DNA of 32,000 nucleotides from an uncultured Nitrososphaerota archaeon (GTDB lineage: Archaea; Korarchaeota; Korarchaeia; Korarchaeales; Korarchaeaceae): positions 1 to 32,000 of the forward strand of contig CAYZRF010000019.1 of the NCBI GenBank assembly GCA_964480775.1, read 5' to 3'. This document shows, piece by piece, positions 16,024-24,851 of this stretch; position 1 is the stretch's first letter, and every line of letters starts with the position of its first letter. The notes beneath the pieces were generated by a model. It worked only from the letters and a program-made list of their open reading frames with translations. It was not told the origin of the DNA and searched no databases. Both the position numbers and the translations under genes were made by a program.

Positions 16024-17958
16024 TCACCTCCTTAATATTCTAAACTTTCCCGGGGGGAGGGCCCTCATAATTTCATCAAGATCAAGATATAAAGACATAC
16101 TTGTTACTTTTTTTAACTCGTTCTCAAGCACTTCCTTTATCATTTTTGCCGCCGTTAACTTCTCTATCTCCCCCGGAATCACAAGGACCTTTGCTTTCAT
16201 TACATTCGATGCTTCGGGCGGGCAAGAAGTAACTCTAGCCTCTCCTTCTAGCTCCCAAACGCCGATAGCAAGTTCTAATCTACCCTTTAAATAGTTTCTT
16301 TTTCCGCTGATGTAAAAAGAGCCTTTTGGAATGTACATTTTTGGTGGAGGATGGCTTGAAACCTGATTTCCTTTGACGTAATATACGTCAGCGTAACTTA
16401 ACCCCTCCCTCCAAGCCTTAGAAAAGGAAGCAGCATAATCTGCTGCTTGTGTTAGCGTCTCTTCCCCAACAATATCTCCTTCCGTTTTAACTAAGACAAC
16501 TGCTCCACCAGGCTGCTCTACATGAAAGAAGAGATCGTCTACCTCCAAGTATCTTCTGACAAGTTCTCTGTTGGTAGATCTGTCCCTACCAGCCACGATC
16601 AAGAAACCCTCTGTCGAAAAGAACCACCTAAATTTCTCGAACCACCTTTTCCTTCTTCTGATCTTCGGCTCTTTTGACACATGCAATATTTCAGCTTGGC
16701 TCTTCATGGCTGATAATCTGTTTTCCAAAATCTTGAGCATCTCCTTTCCTCTCTTTATCTTTATACTCAGCTTTTTTGCCCTATCATAATAGCTAGAAGC
16801 ATTTTCTGAGGCAGTTTTTGTGATGTCTACATCAACAGGGATACCTCCTATCATTATCTTAGCAAGATGCTTAGATCTATCAACAGATATCACTCTTTTA
16901 TCCATAGTTCCTTTACGTATCATCTCAATGATAGACTGGGCTTCATAAAGGTTTGAAAATAACAGCTCTCCTTTTAGCCTTAGTTCAGAAAGTTCTTCCT
17001 CATACCCCTTGAGAATGTTCCTTTGTTGACTCAATTCTATTTCCAGAGCTCTAACCTTTTTTTCTAGATCTAAAAGAGCCCTGTCTTTTACAGCACTTGT
17101 TATTATAGGAGAAAAATACTCTTCAAGTAAATCTGATAAGGATTTCATGGACTTCACATCATATTTTGTCGTTAATGACTCCAAAGGAAAAACAGAGAAA
17201 TTCACCATCTTTTCTTTCGAAAAATATATGACAGGTTCTGGTTCTTTTGTAACTTTCTTTGTTAACCACAATATAGCATTGCTGAAAGAGATTTTCTGGT
17301 CTCTTGTCAATTCTCCTACCTTTAAATTTGCAGTTAATTCGCTCTTTAACAAAACCTCATCAATGTAAGGAGGGCCTATGCCTATTTCTAACAAAAACCT
17401 CCAAATCTCTAATTCTTTGCGTTGATTTATTACACGAAGGAGACTTTCTTCATTCTTTACCTCAATAATTGAAGGAATTGAGCTAGGTTTTGGAGGGAGC
17501 TTGTATGTCTCATGTCTTCTCAATATCCTATCTCTAACCCTAATGCTCCTGGCTAATTGAAGAATTTCTCCCTCCTCATCAGTTAGAATTAGGTTCCCCT
17601 TTCCAAAGAGTTCAACTATAAGCTTACCTGAATATGCGCCCTCAAAATCGAAGATTAGTAAACGCTCCATGTCCGGTTGTACTATATTCACGATCCTAGC
17701 GTTTGCTAACCTCTTTCTTAGTCCCATTGCAAGTGATGATGGATATTTTGGCTTGGGCCACTCACGTTTGCTCAGAAATAGGCAATTCCTAGTTGCCAAA
17801 ATAAGTTCTCTTCTACCGTTCAGATCTGGCCAAATCGTTAATGAAAAAATGTCACGACCAATTTGGTAGACTTTTTTTATTCTTCTACCCTTTAATGGCT
17901 CTAATTCTCTTGTTAAATAGTGAAGCTCGATGCTAGCTATGCTTTCCCTTCTTTTCAT
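16024..17958 (-). CDS. NFACT-family protein (FbpA / Rqc2 / NEMF homologue)
   Basis: 644 aa. An NFACT-N-like N-terminus (ELHYLTRELEPLKGRRIKKVYQ...VELFGKGNLILTDEEGEI) is followed by a central coiled coil. A DUF814/NFACT-R-like region follows (FFHVEQPGGAVVLVK ... DVYYVKGNQVS). Confidence 0.85.
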   Translation of the reverse strand: MKRRESIASIELHYLTRELEPLKGRRIKKVYQIGRDIFSLTIWPDLNGRRELILATRNCLFLSKREWPKPKYPSSLAMGLRKRLANARIVNIVQPDMERLLIFDFEGAYSGKLIVELFGKGNLILTDEEGEILQLARSIRVRDRILRRHETYKLPPKPSSIPSIIEVKNEESLLRVINQRKELEIWRFLLEIGIGPPYIDEVLLKSELTANLKVGELTRDQKISFSNAILWLTKKVTKEPEPVIYFSKEKMVNFSVFPLESLTTKYDVKSMKSLSDLLEEYFSPIITSAVKDRALLDLEKKVRALEIELSQQRNILKGYEEELSELRLKGELLFSNLYEAQSIIEMIRKGTMDKRVISVDRSKHLAKIMIGGIPVDVDITKTASENASSYYDRAKKLSIKIKRGKEMLKILENRLSAMKSQAEILHVSKEPKIRRRKRWFEKFRWFFSTEGFLIVAGRDRSTNRELVRRYLEVDDLFFHVEQPGGAVVLVKTEGDIVGEETLTQAADYAASFSKAWREGLSYADVYYVKGNQVSSHPPPKMYIPKGSFYISGKRNYLKGRLELAIGVWELEGEARVTSCPPEASNVMKAKVLVIPGEIEKLTAAKMIKEVLENELKKVTSMSLYLDLDEIMRALPPGKFRILRR

Positions 17959-18035
17959 CGGTGATTACCTACCACTTGATTTTTTAAGGACTGAGTTTAC
18001 CCGTTCTAATTCGAGGAGAATTGGGCCTAAAAACA

Positions 18036-18917
18036 ATGATCTTTTACACGAAGATTGCTGTTAGCCTCATAGCTGGGCTTCTAGCCGGTATTTTAGGCAT
18101 AACTGGCGTAGCAGGCATAGCTTTCTTCATTTTCATGTTTTTCCTGTCAACTGCAATCCTTTTAACCATAAAAAGGGACTTTGTCTTTAACATAGGGTTC
18201 TACAAGACTTACAAAGAGGGAGTAGGCTCTTCAATAATCGCTTTCATTTTAACTTGGAGCATATCGACGAGCCTAATGCTTGGCCAGCCAACGATCTATG
18301 TTGCAACTTCATCAATCGGTCCTCAACCCATATCCTTCCCAAATGGAACCGTAGTTCCGCCAACCCTTAAACCCCTAAATTCTACTTATAACGCGATATA
18401 TGTGATAAAACCAAGCGAAAATAAGACTTGGAAGGTGATGTTGGGGGTTTACTCTGAATGCAAAGACGAAACCGCCTTAGATCTGCCAAAATGCAGAGTA
18501 ATCTATCAGAAGCAATATAACACTGTCAAACTGATCACAAAGATAGATATAGAGGAATTAACTCAGACTAAATCCAGATGGGGAATAGAGCTCTCAAAAG
18601 AGGACTCAGAAGTTTTCGTCTTTTATGAGGGAATAAGGGAACGTCTGGAAGAAGGAAAGGCTACATCAATAGAATTAAAGGAGGAAGGTTCTACGTATCT
18701 TATCCACGTATTTTATTCAACGAACGAAATAAGATTAGAAACTGATCGGTTAAAAATGGAAAATAACAACCTAAACATGACAATGACCCCCTTCAGCGAT
18801 ACGACATCCTTCATATGTTTGCAGGAGGGCTTTCTTTATGCATTTGAACGGCCTCTCTATACTTTTAGAACAATAGGATTTGATGAAGAGTACCTAGTTC
18901 TTGAGGAGCTCCCGTAA
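18036..18917 (+). CDS. membrane protein with an EMC6/Rab5ip-like N-terminal three-TM module and a C-terminal domain of about 205 aa, probably extracytoplasmic
   Basis: The ORF track gives 18021..18917 with a TTG start; an in-frame ATG lies at 18036. There are three hydrophobic segments, with LAGILGITG in the first. The C-terminal part has 4 N-x-S/T sequons and 2 Cys. See the findings. Confidence 0.7.
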   Translation: MIFYTKIAVSLIAGLLAGILGITGVAGIAFFIFMFFLSTAILLTIKRDFVFNIGFYKTYKEGVGSSIIAFILTWSISTSLMLGQPTIYVATSSIGPQPISFPNGTVVPPTLKPLNSTYNAIYVIKPSENKTWKVMLGVYSECKDETALDLPKCRVIYQKQYNTVKLITKIDIEELTQTKSRWGIELSKEDSEVFVFYEGIRERLEEGKATSIELKEEGSTYLIHVFYSTNEIRLETDRLKMENNNLNMTMTPFSDTTSFICLQEGFLYAFERPLYTFRTIGFDEEYLVLEELP

Positions 18918-18936
18918 ATTTACGGGTGTGGCTGTT

Positions 18937-19359
18937 ATGAGCTACGAATATGTGGAATTTGGAGGCGACGCAAGCTTCATTGCTAGAGGAAGAAACCTAA
19001 ATGAACTGTTTCGTCAGGCAGCATTAGCCATGTATGAGATCATGGTTGATGTGAAAAAAGTGGATAAGGTTGAGGAGATCACATTGGAACTGCGATCTCC
19101 AGATTTATTATTGTTGCTTCACGATTGGTTAAGCGAGTTGCTATACATCACGGACACCAAAGCCCTTGTATTCTCGGATTTTACGGTTGACATAACAAAA
19201 GAGGACTCAGAATATTTTTTGAGAGGAAAAGCATTAGGAGAAAAGCTAAATTTATTAAAACACAATCCAAAAACAGAAATAAAGGCAGTAACTTATCATT
19301 TGCTGAGAATTCAAAAATCCGGGGACTTCTGGGAAGGAATTGTAGTTCTGGACCTTTAA
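18937..19359 (+). CDS. archease (RtcB tRNA-ligase cofactor)
   Basis: MSYEYVEFGGDASFIARGRNLNELFRQAALAMYEIM matches the archease N-terminal pattern. A KAVTYH motif lies near the C-terminus. The ORF track starts at TTG 18901, inside the upstream gene; ATG 18937 gives the usual 140 aa. Confidence 0.88.
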   Translation: MSYEYVEFGGDASFIARGRNLNELFRQAALAMYEIMVDVKKVDKVEEITLELRSPDLLLLLHDWLSELLYITDTKALVFSDFTVDITKEDSEYFLRGKALGEKLNLLKHNPKTEIKAVTYHLLRIQKSGDFWEGIVVLDL

Positions 19360-19435
19360 GGGAGAAAGGTTAATAATCGTGACCATAAAATCGGTTGAAT
19401 CCGATCCATAATGGAGTCGACAAAGGTGGCCGAAA

Positions 19436-20470
19436 TTGCCAAAGAGACATGCGCCAAGACATGGTTCGTTAGCTTACTATCCCAGAAAGAGGGCTAAGAC
19501 TCAGAGGGCAGTATTCAGATCATACAAGATAAAGGCAGAAAAGCCTACAATAGCAGCGTTTGCTGGCTACAAGGCAGGCATGACCCATGTCCTTATGGTG
19601 GATGATAGACCAGGAACTCTAACTTATGGTCAGGAGGTCTCAAAGGCTGTTACTATAATCGAGGCGCCTCCATTGAAGGTAGTTGGTTTGCGTCCGTACG
19701 TAAAGACTCCTTATGGCCTTAAATCACTAACAACCATTATGAGAGTGGATCCAGATAGCGACCTTAAGAGAACATTTACAATAGGCTCAGGAATAGATAA
19801 CTTGGAAAGGAAGAAGGGATTGATAGAGAGCAGGAAGGATGAAATAGCAGAGGTTCGAATTTTAGCTCACACCCTTCCAAGACATGCAGGCATACATAAG
19901 AAAAAACCAGAACTTATGGAAATTCCTGTTGTTGGAGGAAATATTGAAGAACAGCTGGACTTTGCTTTCTCTTTGGTGGGAAAGCTAGTAAGAGTATCCG
20001 ATGTCTTTAGAGAAGGGCAATTCGTAGATGTTACGGGGGTGACAAAAGGTAAGGGATTCCAAGGGGTAGTTAGAAGATTTGGAGTCGCTTTATTACCTCA
20101 TAAGGCTGGAAAGAGAAGAAGAGAGGTCGGAAGCCTAGGATCCAGGCACCCTGCTTGGATAAGCTGGAGGGTTCCTAGGCCTGGGCAAATGGGATATCAC
20201 AAAAGGACAGAATACAACAAGAGGATTCTCAAGATAGTTAAAGCAGATCTGGATGAAAAAGGTGTACCTAAGAGCTATCCTGATGAAATCAACTTAAAAG
20301 GTGGCTATATGAATTATGGGGTAATCAAGAGCGATGCAATAGTAATAGAAGGATCTGTTCCAGGACCTTCAAAGCGATTTTTGATGATAAGGCATGCTAT
20401 TAGACCTCCTAGGACCACAGAGCTTGGAAAACCAAATATCATTCGCATAGCTCGCGTGGGAGGGGAATAA
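19436..20470 (+). CDS. rpl3: 50S ribosomal protein uL3
   Basis: (M)PKRHAPRHGSLAYYPRKRA... is a typical archaeal L3 N-terminus. The start is TTG, 7 nt after GGTG. Confidence 0.93.
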   Translation: MPKRHAPRHGSLAYYPRKRAKTQRAVFRSYKIKAEKPTIAAFAGYKAGMTHVLMVDDRPGTLTYGQEVSKAVTIIEAPPLKVVGLRPYVKTPYGLKSLTTIMRVDPDSDLKRTFTIGSGIDNLERKKGLIESRKDEIAEVRILAHTLPRHAGIHKKKPELMEIPVVGGNIEEQLDFAFSLVGKLVRVSDVFREGQFVDVTGVTKGKGFQGVVRRFGVALLPHKAGKRRREVGSLGSRHPAWISWRVPRPGQMGYHKRTEYNKRILKIVKADLDEKGVPKSYPDEINLKGGYMNYGVIKSDAIVIEGSVPGPSKRFLMIRHAIRPPRTTELGKPNIIRIARVGGE

Positions 20471-20474
20471 GATC

Positions 20475-21266
20475 ATGAATGAGCTAAAGAGACCCATATT
20501 CAATCTAGAGGGAGAAATAGTAGGAGAGATAGGGCTTCCAGAGGTCTTCAAGACAGACATAAGACCAGACATAATAAGAAGGGTCTATTTATCTCAATTG
20601 ACAGCAAGGATTCAACCTCAGGGTAGGGATAGAAGGGCTGGCATGAGGACTTCAGCTGAGTCAAGAGGGACTGGTTTGGATCTTGCAAGAGTACCAAGAA
20701 CCAAGGGCAGGTTATACCCAGCAGCTGGAAGAGCAGCAATAGCTCCTTCTGTGAGGGGCGGTCGTGCGGCTCATCCGCCTAAAGTAGAAAAGGTGATTTG
20801 GGAGAGGGTAAACAAGAAGGAGAGGAAACTTGCGATAATGTCTGCCATAGCAGCGACCGCATCCTTGGACCTCGTAACGTCCAGACATAGGGTTAACGGA
20901 ATAAAGAGTGCCCCAATAATAGTTGTAAAGGATTTAGAGCAAATCTCAAAGACAAAGGAATTGTACGATTTTCTGATAAAACTCGGACTAAAGGATGAAC
21001 TTGAGAGGACAAAGGCAAGATTTCGGAAGATAAGAAGTGGGAAGGGCAAGATGAGAGGGAGAAAGAGAGTTAGGGCTAAGGGCCCTCTAGTGATTTACAA
21101 GGAAAATCCGACAATATTCCTAGCTGCTAGGAATATTCCTGGCGTGGATGTTGTGCACGTTAATAATCTTAGCATCATACATCTGGCACCAGGAGGAGTT
21201 TCAGGAAGGCTTGCAATCTGGTCAGAACCCGCATTAACTGCTTTAAGGGAGAGGTTTGGAGGGTGA
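20475..21266 (+). CDS. rpl4: 50S ribosomal protein uL4
   Basis: The translation matches archaeal L4 (IRPDIIRRVYLSQLTARIQPQGR...). It starts 4 nt after the rpl3 stop. Confidence 0.92.
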   Translation: MNELKRPIFNLEGEIVGEIGLPEVFKTDIRPDIIRRVYLSQLTARIQPQGRDRRAGMRTSAESRGTGLDLARVPRTKGRLYPAAGRAAIAPSVRGGRAAHPPKVEKVIWERVNKKERKLAIMSAIAATASLDLVTSRHRVNGIKSAPIIVVKDLEQISKTKELYDFLIKLGLKDELERTKARFRKIRSGKGKMRGRKRVRAKGPLVIYKENPTIFLAARNIPGVDVVHVNNLSIIHLAPGGVSGRLAIWSEPALTALRERFGG

Positions 21267-21272
21267 GCTTAT

Positions 21273-21539
21273 ATGGAGTTCGATCCTTACTCAATTTTAA
21301 TAAGGCCCATAGCTTCAGAGAAAGCAGTAGGAATGATTGAAAGGGAGAACAAGCTTGTCTTTATAGTTCAAAGAAAGGCAAACAAACAAATCATAAAGAG
21401 AGCCGTGGAAGAAGCCTTTGGTGTCAGAGTGGAGAGTGTTAGAACGTTGATAACGCCGCAAGGCATGAAAAAAGCATATGTTAAGCTTAAACCAGAGTTC
21501 AAAGCGAGCGATGTAGCCTCAAGATTGGGAATCTTGTGA
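21273..21539 (+). CDS. rpl23: 50S ribosomal protein uL23
   Basis: 88 aa, with [23 protein letters not shown]. Confidence 0.92.
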   Translation: MEFDPYSILIRPIASEKAVGMIERENKLVFIVQRKANKQIIKRAVEEAFGVRVESVRTLITPQGMKKAYVKLKPEFKASDVASRLGIL

Positions 21540-21549
21540 GGGGAGTTAA

Positions 21550-22290
21550 ATGGGTAAAAGAATACTTGTACAAAGAAAAGGGAGAGGAGGCATACAATTT
21601 AGGGCTAGAGATCATCTAAAAGTGGGCCCTGCGAAGTACCCGCCTCTATATTTGGATCGGACAGTCAAGGGTGTTATAAAGGAGTTTATTCATGAGCCAG
21701 GTAGGTGGACCCCCTTAGCTAAGGTTCAGCTTGAAACGGGTGAAGAATTCATTTATATTCCTCCAGAAGGGGTTTACCTTGGTAAAACAGTTGAAATTGG
21801 TTATAAGGCATCATTAGAGCCTGGAAACGTGCTTCCTCTTTCTGAAATACCCGAAGGAACACCAGTCTGTAATGTAGAGCTTAGGTATGGTGATGGAGGT
21901 AAAATTGCAAGGAGAAGTGGTGCTTTTGCAACTATTTTCTCAAAAGAGAAAGGAAAGGTTATACTAAGGCTGCCATCGGGCAAAACAAAGGTCGTCGATG
22001 AGAAGAGCAGAGCAACGATTGGGATAATTGCTGGCGGTGGAAGGCCAGAAAAACCGCTTCTAAAGGCAGCGGCTGCTCATTACAAGGAAAGAGTCCATCC
22101 AAAGCGATGGCCTAGAGTTAGAGGAGTGGCCATGAACCCCGTGAGTCATCCTCACGGTGGAGGATCTCATGCCAGACCAGGAGCGCCCACTTCAGTCAGC
22201 AGAGGCGCACCTCCAGGAGCCAAGGTCGGTCATATAGCTGCTCGCAAGACTGGACGTGCTAAGAAGAGGAGAGGCACAAGGAGGAGGTAA
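21550..22290 (+). CDS. rpl2: 50S ribosomal protein uL2
   Basis: [14 protein letters not shown] ... [10 protein letters not shown], with a basic C-terminal tail. A GGGGAG Shine-Dalgarno motif lies upstream. Confidence 0.94.
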   Translation: MGKRILVQRKGRGGIQFRARDHLKVGPAKYPPLYLDRTVKGVIKEFIHEPGRWTPLAKVQLETGEEFIYIPPEGVYLGKTVEIGYKASLEPGNVLPLSEIPEGTPVCNVELRYGDGGKIARRSGAFATIFSKEKGKVILRLPSGKTKVVDEKSRATIGIIAGGGRPEKPLLKAAAAHYKERVHPKRWPRVRGVAMNPVSHPHGGGSHARPGAPTSVSRGAPPGAKVGHIAARKTGRAKKRRGTRRR

Positions 22291-22339
22291 AGTAGAAAGA
22301 CATAAAAACCTCAATTATACTCTTGGATGTGATAGACCA

Positions 22340-22735
22340 ATGCCAAAAGAATTCACATATCACGGTCGAACGCTTGATGAACTCCAGAACTTATCAATAG
22401 AAGAGTTAGCAGAGCTAATGCCTGCTAGAATCAGAAGAACCCTAAGAAGAGGCCTTTCTCTAGAAAATAAGAAGCTTTTGGAGAAAATAAGGAAGTACAA
22501 GAAAATGGGAATCAACAAAGTGATAAGAACTCATAGAAGAGACTTTCCCGTTCTCCCAGAGATGGTTGGTGCGAAGGTTGCTGTGCATGATGGTAAGAAC
22601 TTTGTAGAAATTGAAATAAAACCGGAAATGATTGGACATTATCTAGGAGAATTTGCGATGACCAACAAAGTAGTTCGCCACGGATCTCCTGGAAAAGGAG
22701 CAACACGTAGCAGCAAGTATATTCCTCTCAAGTAA
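22340..22735 (+). CDS. rps19: 30S ribosomal protein uS19
   Basis: [33 protein letters not shown] ... [10 protein letters not shown]. The ORF-track start at 22256 overlaps rpl2; ATG 22340 gives the normal 131 aa. Confidence 0.92.
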   Translation: MPKEFTYHGRTLDELQNLSIEELAELMPARIRRTLRRGLSLENKKLLEKIRKYKKMGINKVIRTHRRDFPVLPEMVGAKVAVHDGKNFVEIEIKPEMIGHYLGEFAMTNKVVRHGSPGKGATRSSKYIPLK

Positions 22736-22751
22736 TACCCCAATCGATGGG

Positions 22752-22765
22752 TTTCTTTTGTTTTT
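22752..22765 (+). terminator. oligo-T tract (TTTCTTTTGTTTTT) after rps19
   Basis: It begins 17 nt after the rps19 stop. No further ribosomal-protein gene follows on this strand. Confidence 0.45.
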
Positions 22766-22837
22766 ATAGCTTTAAGAGAAAAGTGATCAGTTTGTAGAGA
22801 ACGAGAACAATGTGTAGTAAATTTAAGTTGGCGCATA

Positions 22838-22845
22838 CTTATAAT
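22838..22845 (+). promoter_or_regulatory. TATA box (CTTATAAT) for tRNA-Ser
   Basis: It lies 23-30 nt upstream of the tRNA 5' end at 22868. Confidence 0.45.
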
Positions 22846-22867
22846 TGGGTTAGCACCTTCTTCTCTC

Positions 22868-22955
22868 GCCGGGGTAGCCAAGTCCGGACCAAGGCGCCGG
22901 CCTTGAGAGCCGGTGGCCCATTCGGGCCGCGTGGGTTCAAATCCCACCCCCGGCG
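22868..22955 (+). tRNA. tRNA-Ser (anticodon TGA), long variable arm
   Basis: GCCGGGG-TA-GCC-AAGTCCGGACCAA-GGC-G-CCGGC-CT-TGA-GA-GCCGG-TGGCCCATTCGGGCCGC-GTGGG-TTCAAAT-CCCAC-CCCCGGC-G. No encoded CCA. Confidence 0.92.
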
Positions 22956-23051
22956 TTACCCAATTAGTTTCTACAAATATAAGCAGGAAAGAAACTCACA
23001 TCACTTAAAATTAAGATAAAAATGGTTCAAAACACAATATTTCTTCTGAGA

Positions 23052-23366
23052 CTATGCCATCATAACAATGCTAACCTTCACATCATCAGGTATCGTTATG
23101 CCCATTATTTTTCTTATGAACCTTTCATCTGGATTAAGGACATCTATTATCCTCTTATGTATTCTCAGCTCATACCTGTCGAACTTATTGGTTCCTTCCC
23201 CTGAAGGGTTCCTTAAAGTAGTAATCCTTAATCTCTTAGTTGGAAGCGGAATTGGACCCTTAATTCTTACTCCCATCTTTTCGCCAGCTTCTTTGAATTC
23301 TCTACTGACCTTTTGCAAGCTTTCAACGTTAGTGCTAACTAATTCTATCCTTAGTTTCTCTACCAT
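23052..23366 (-). CDS. rps10: 30S ribosomal protein uS10
   Basis: 104 aa: KLRIELVSTNVESLQKV...KGPIPLPTKRLRITTLRNPSGEGTNKFDRYELRIHKRIIDV. Confidence 0.93.
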   Translation of the reverse strand: MVEKLRIELVSTNVESLQKVSREFKEAGEKMGVRIKGPIPLPTKRLRITTLRNPSGEGTNKFDRYELRIHKRIIDVLNPDERFIRKIMGITIPDDVKVSIVMMA

Positions 23367-23427
23367 CGAAATCCCCTCAAAGATCCATTAGAGTTACAGT
23401 TAAAAAACAAAGGTAAGGAGGGGGAAG

Positions 23428-24696
23428 TTACTTCCCTCTTGCCACTGGTTTGACATCCAGTACTATGCCTGCACCTACAGTCATTCCCATGTCTCTTATG
23501 GCGAATCTGCCTAGTGGTGGAAATTCGCTGTATTTCTCAATGACAAACGGCTTTAGAGGCTTAAATCTCACTATAGCAGCGTCTCCTTTCTTTATGAAGC
23601 TTGGATGCTCTTCGATAGTTTGTCCAGAGCTCGGATCTATCTTCCTAACTATTTCCTCTAGCCTTGCGGCGAAGTGGCCTGTGTGAGCGTGAATGACGGG
23701 TGTATATCCAGGAGCTATTGCTGTTGGATGCTGCAGAACCACGATTTGAGCTGTAAACTCTTCGGCTACGGTTGGAGGGTTCTTGGGATCGCCTAGGACG
23801 TCTCCTCTCTTCAACTCCTTCTTTGAAATTCCCTTTAGGTTAACTCCAACGTTATCCCCAGGTTCTGCCTTAGGCAATCTTTGATGGTGCATCTCTATGG
23901 TCTTAACTTCGACCATTTTGTTTATTGGTTCTATAATGGCCTGAGTATCGGGTTTAAGGACGCCAGTTTCCACCCTTCCTACAGCAACCACGCCTACACC
24001 AGTAATTGTGTAAACGTCTTGTATTGGAAGCCTGAGAGGCTTGTCCACTGGTTTTGGTGGGGCTTCTAATGTATCAAAGAGATCATATAATGTGGGTCCT
24101 GTATACCAAGGCATTTTCTCGCTTCTCTTTGCAACGTTATCTCCTACTAGGCCGCTTACTGGAACGAATGGTATCTTTGATGGATCATATCCCACCCTAG
24201 ATAGGAGTTCTGAGACCTGTTCTTTTACCTCCTCAAACCTTTCTTTGCTATAGTTCACAGTTGCCTCGTCCATCTTGTTGATGGCGACTATTAGTTGTCT
24301 AACACCAAGAGTTCTTGCAAGGAATACGTGCTCAATGGTTTGAGCTTGGACACCTTCTCCTCTCTTAGCGGAGACTACAAGAACTGCACCGTCTGCTTGG
24401 CTGGCTCCGGTGATCATGTTCTTAACGAAGTCTCTGTGCCCAGGAGCGTCTATTATAGTAATCATTTTCCTTGGAGTTTCTATCTTCGTGTGGAAGAGAT
24501 CTATCGTTAGACCTCTTTCTCTTTCCTCCTTTAGTCTGTCCACTACCCAAGCGAAAACCGCGTCAGAGGCCTCCTCTTCCGAAGGCAACTGTTTTACTAA
24601 TCCCAAGTCATAGAACATCCTACCTATGATGGTCGATTTACCGTGATCTACGTGTCCTATAAAGACCACATTTACATGTTCTTTTTGAGCGGACAT
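23428..24696 (-). CDS. tuf: translation elongation factor EF-1 alpha
   Basis: G1 motif GHVDHGKST, G3 motif DAPGHRDF and G4 motif NKMD are present. The ORF track starts at GTG 24714. ATG 24696 lies 5 nt after GGTG and gives MSAQKEHVNVVFIGHVDHGKST. Confidence 0.95.
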   Translation of the reverse strand: MSAQKEHVNVVFIGHVDHGKSTIIGRMFYDLGLVKQLPSEEEASDAVFAWVVDRLKEERERGLTIDLFHTKIETPRKMITIIDAPGHRDFVKNMITGASQADGAVLVVSAKRGEGVQAQTIEHVFLARTLGVRQLIVAINKMDEATVNYSKERFEEVKEQVSELLSRVGYDPSKIPFVPVSGLVGDNVAKRSEKMPWYTGPTLYDLFDTLEAPPKPVDKPLRLPIQDVYTITGVGVVAVGRVETGVLKPDTQAIIEPINKMVEVKTIEMHHQRLPKAEPGDNVGVNLKGISKKELKRGDVLGDPKNPPTVAEEFTAQIVVLQHPTAIAPGYTPVIHAHTGHFAARLEEIVRKIDPSSGQTIEEHPSFIKKGDAAIVRFKPLKPFVIEKYSEFPPLGRFAIRDMGMTVGAGIVLDVKPVARGK

Positions 24697-24851
24697 ATCA
24701 ACACCTTTCTCCACTTTTTAATAGCTGCAGGCGTAAATCTTATGCTTTCCATTTAAAAAATTCACCCTCAATAACATACCCATACTACAAAGAGTTCATC
24801 TTTAGGGTTTTATTATCTTGAATAAATCATGGGAACCATGGTGGTCTTGAG

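Noticed and set aside
14690-16035. Long plus-strand ORFs of 198 aa and 167 aa opposite the CBS genes
   Set aside because: The minus-strand translations show ten textbook CBS motifs and coupled Shine-Dalgarno sites. The plus-strand ORFs are S/L/T/I-rich shadows. The same holds for 8767..9108, 9507..9824, 12512..12922, 23068..23391, 26241..26699, 28824..29207 and the other internal antisense ORFs in the track.
22639-23019. Two ORFs (102 aa minus strand, 69 aa plus strand) in the rps19 / rps10 spacer
   Set aside because: Both overlap the well-formed tRNA-Ser(UGA) gene at 22868-22955. Neither has protein-like features.
22736-23051. C/D-box sRNA or other ncRNA in the larger spacers (also 1993-2120, 2339-2460, 6833-6923, 24715-24851 and 27533-27625)
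   Set aside because: I looked for RUGAUGA ... CUGA pairs at sRNA spacing on both strands. Only imperfect fragments turned up, such as GTGATGT near 22999-23005 and ATGATA near 27575, and none had matching D boxes or terminal stems. The spacers are better explained by TATA boxes and oligo-T tracts.
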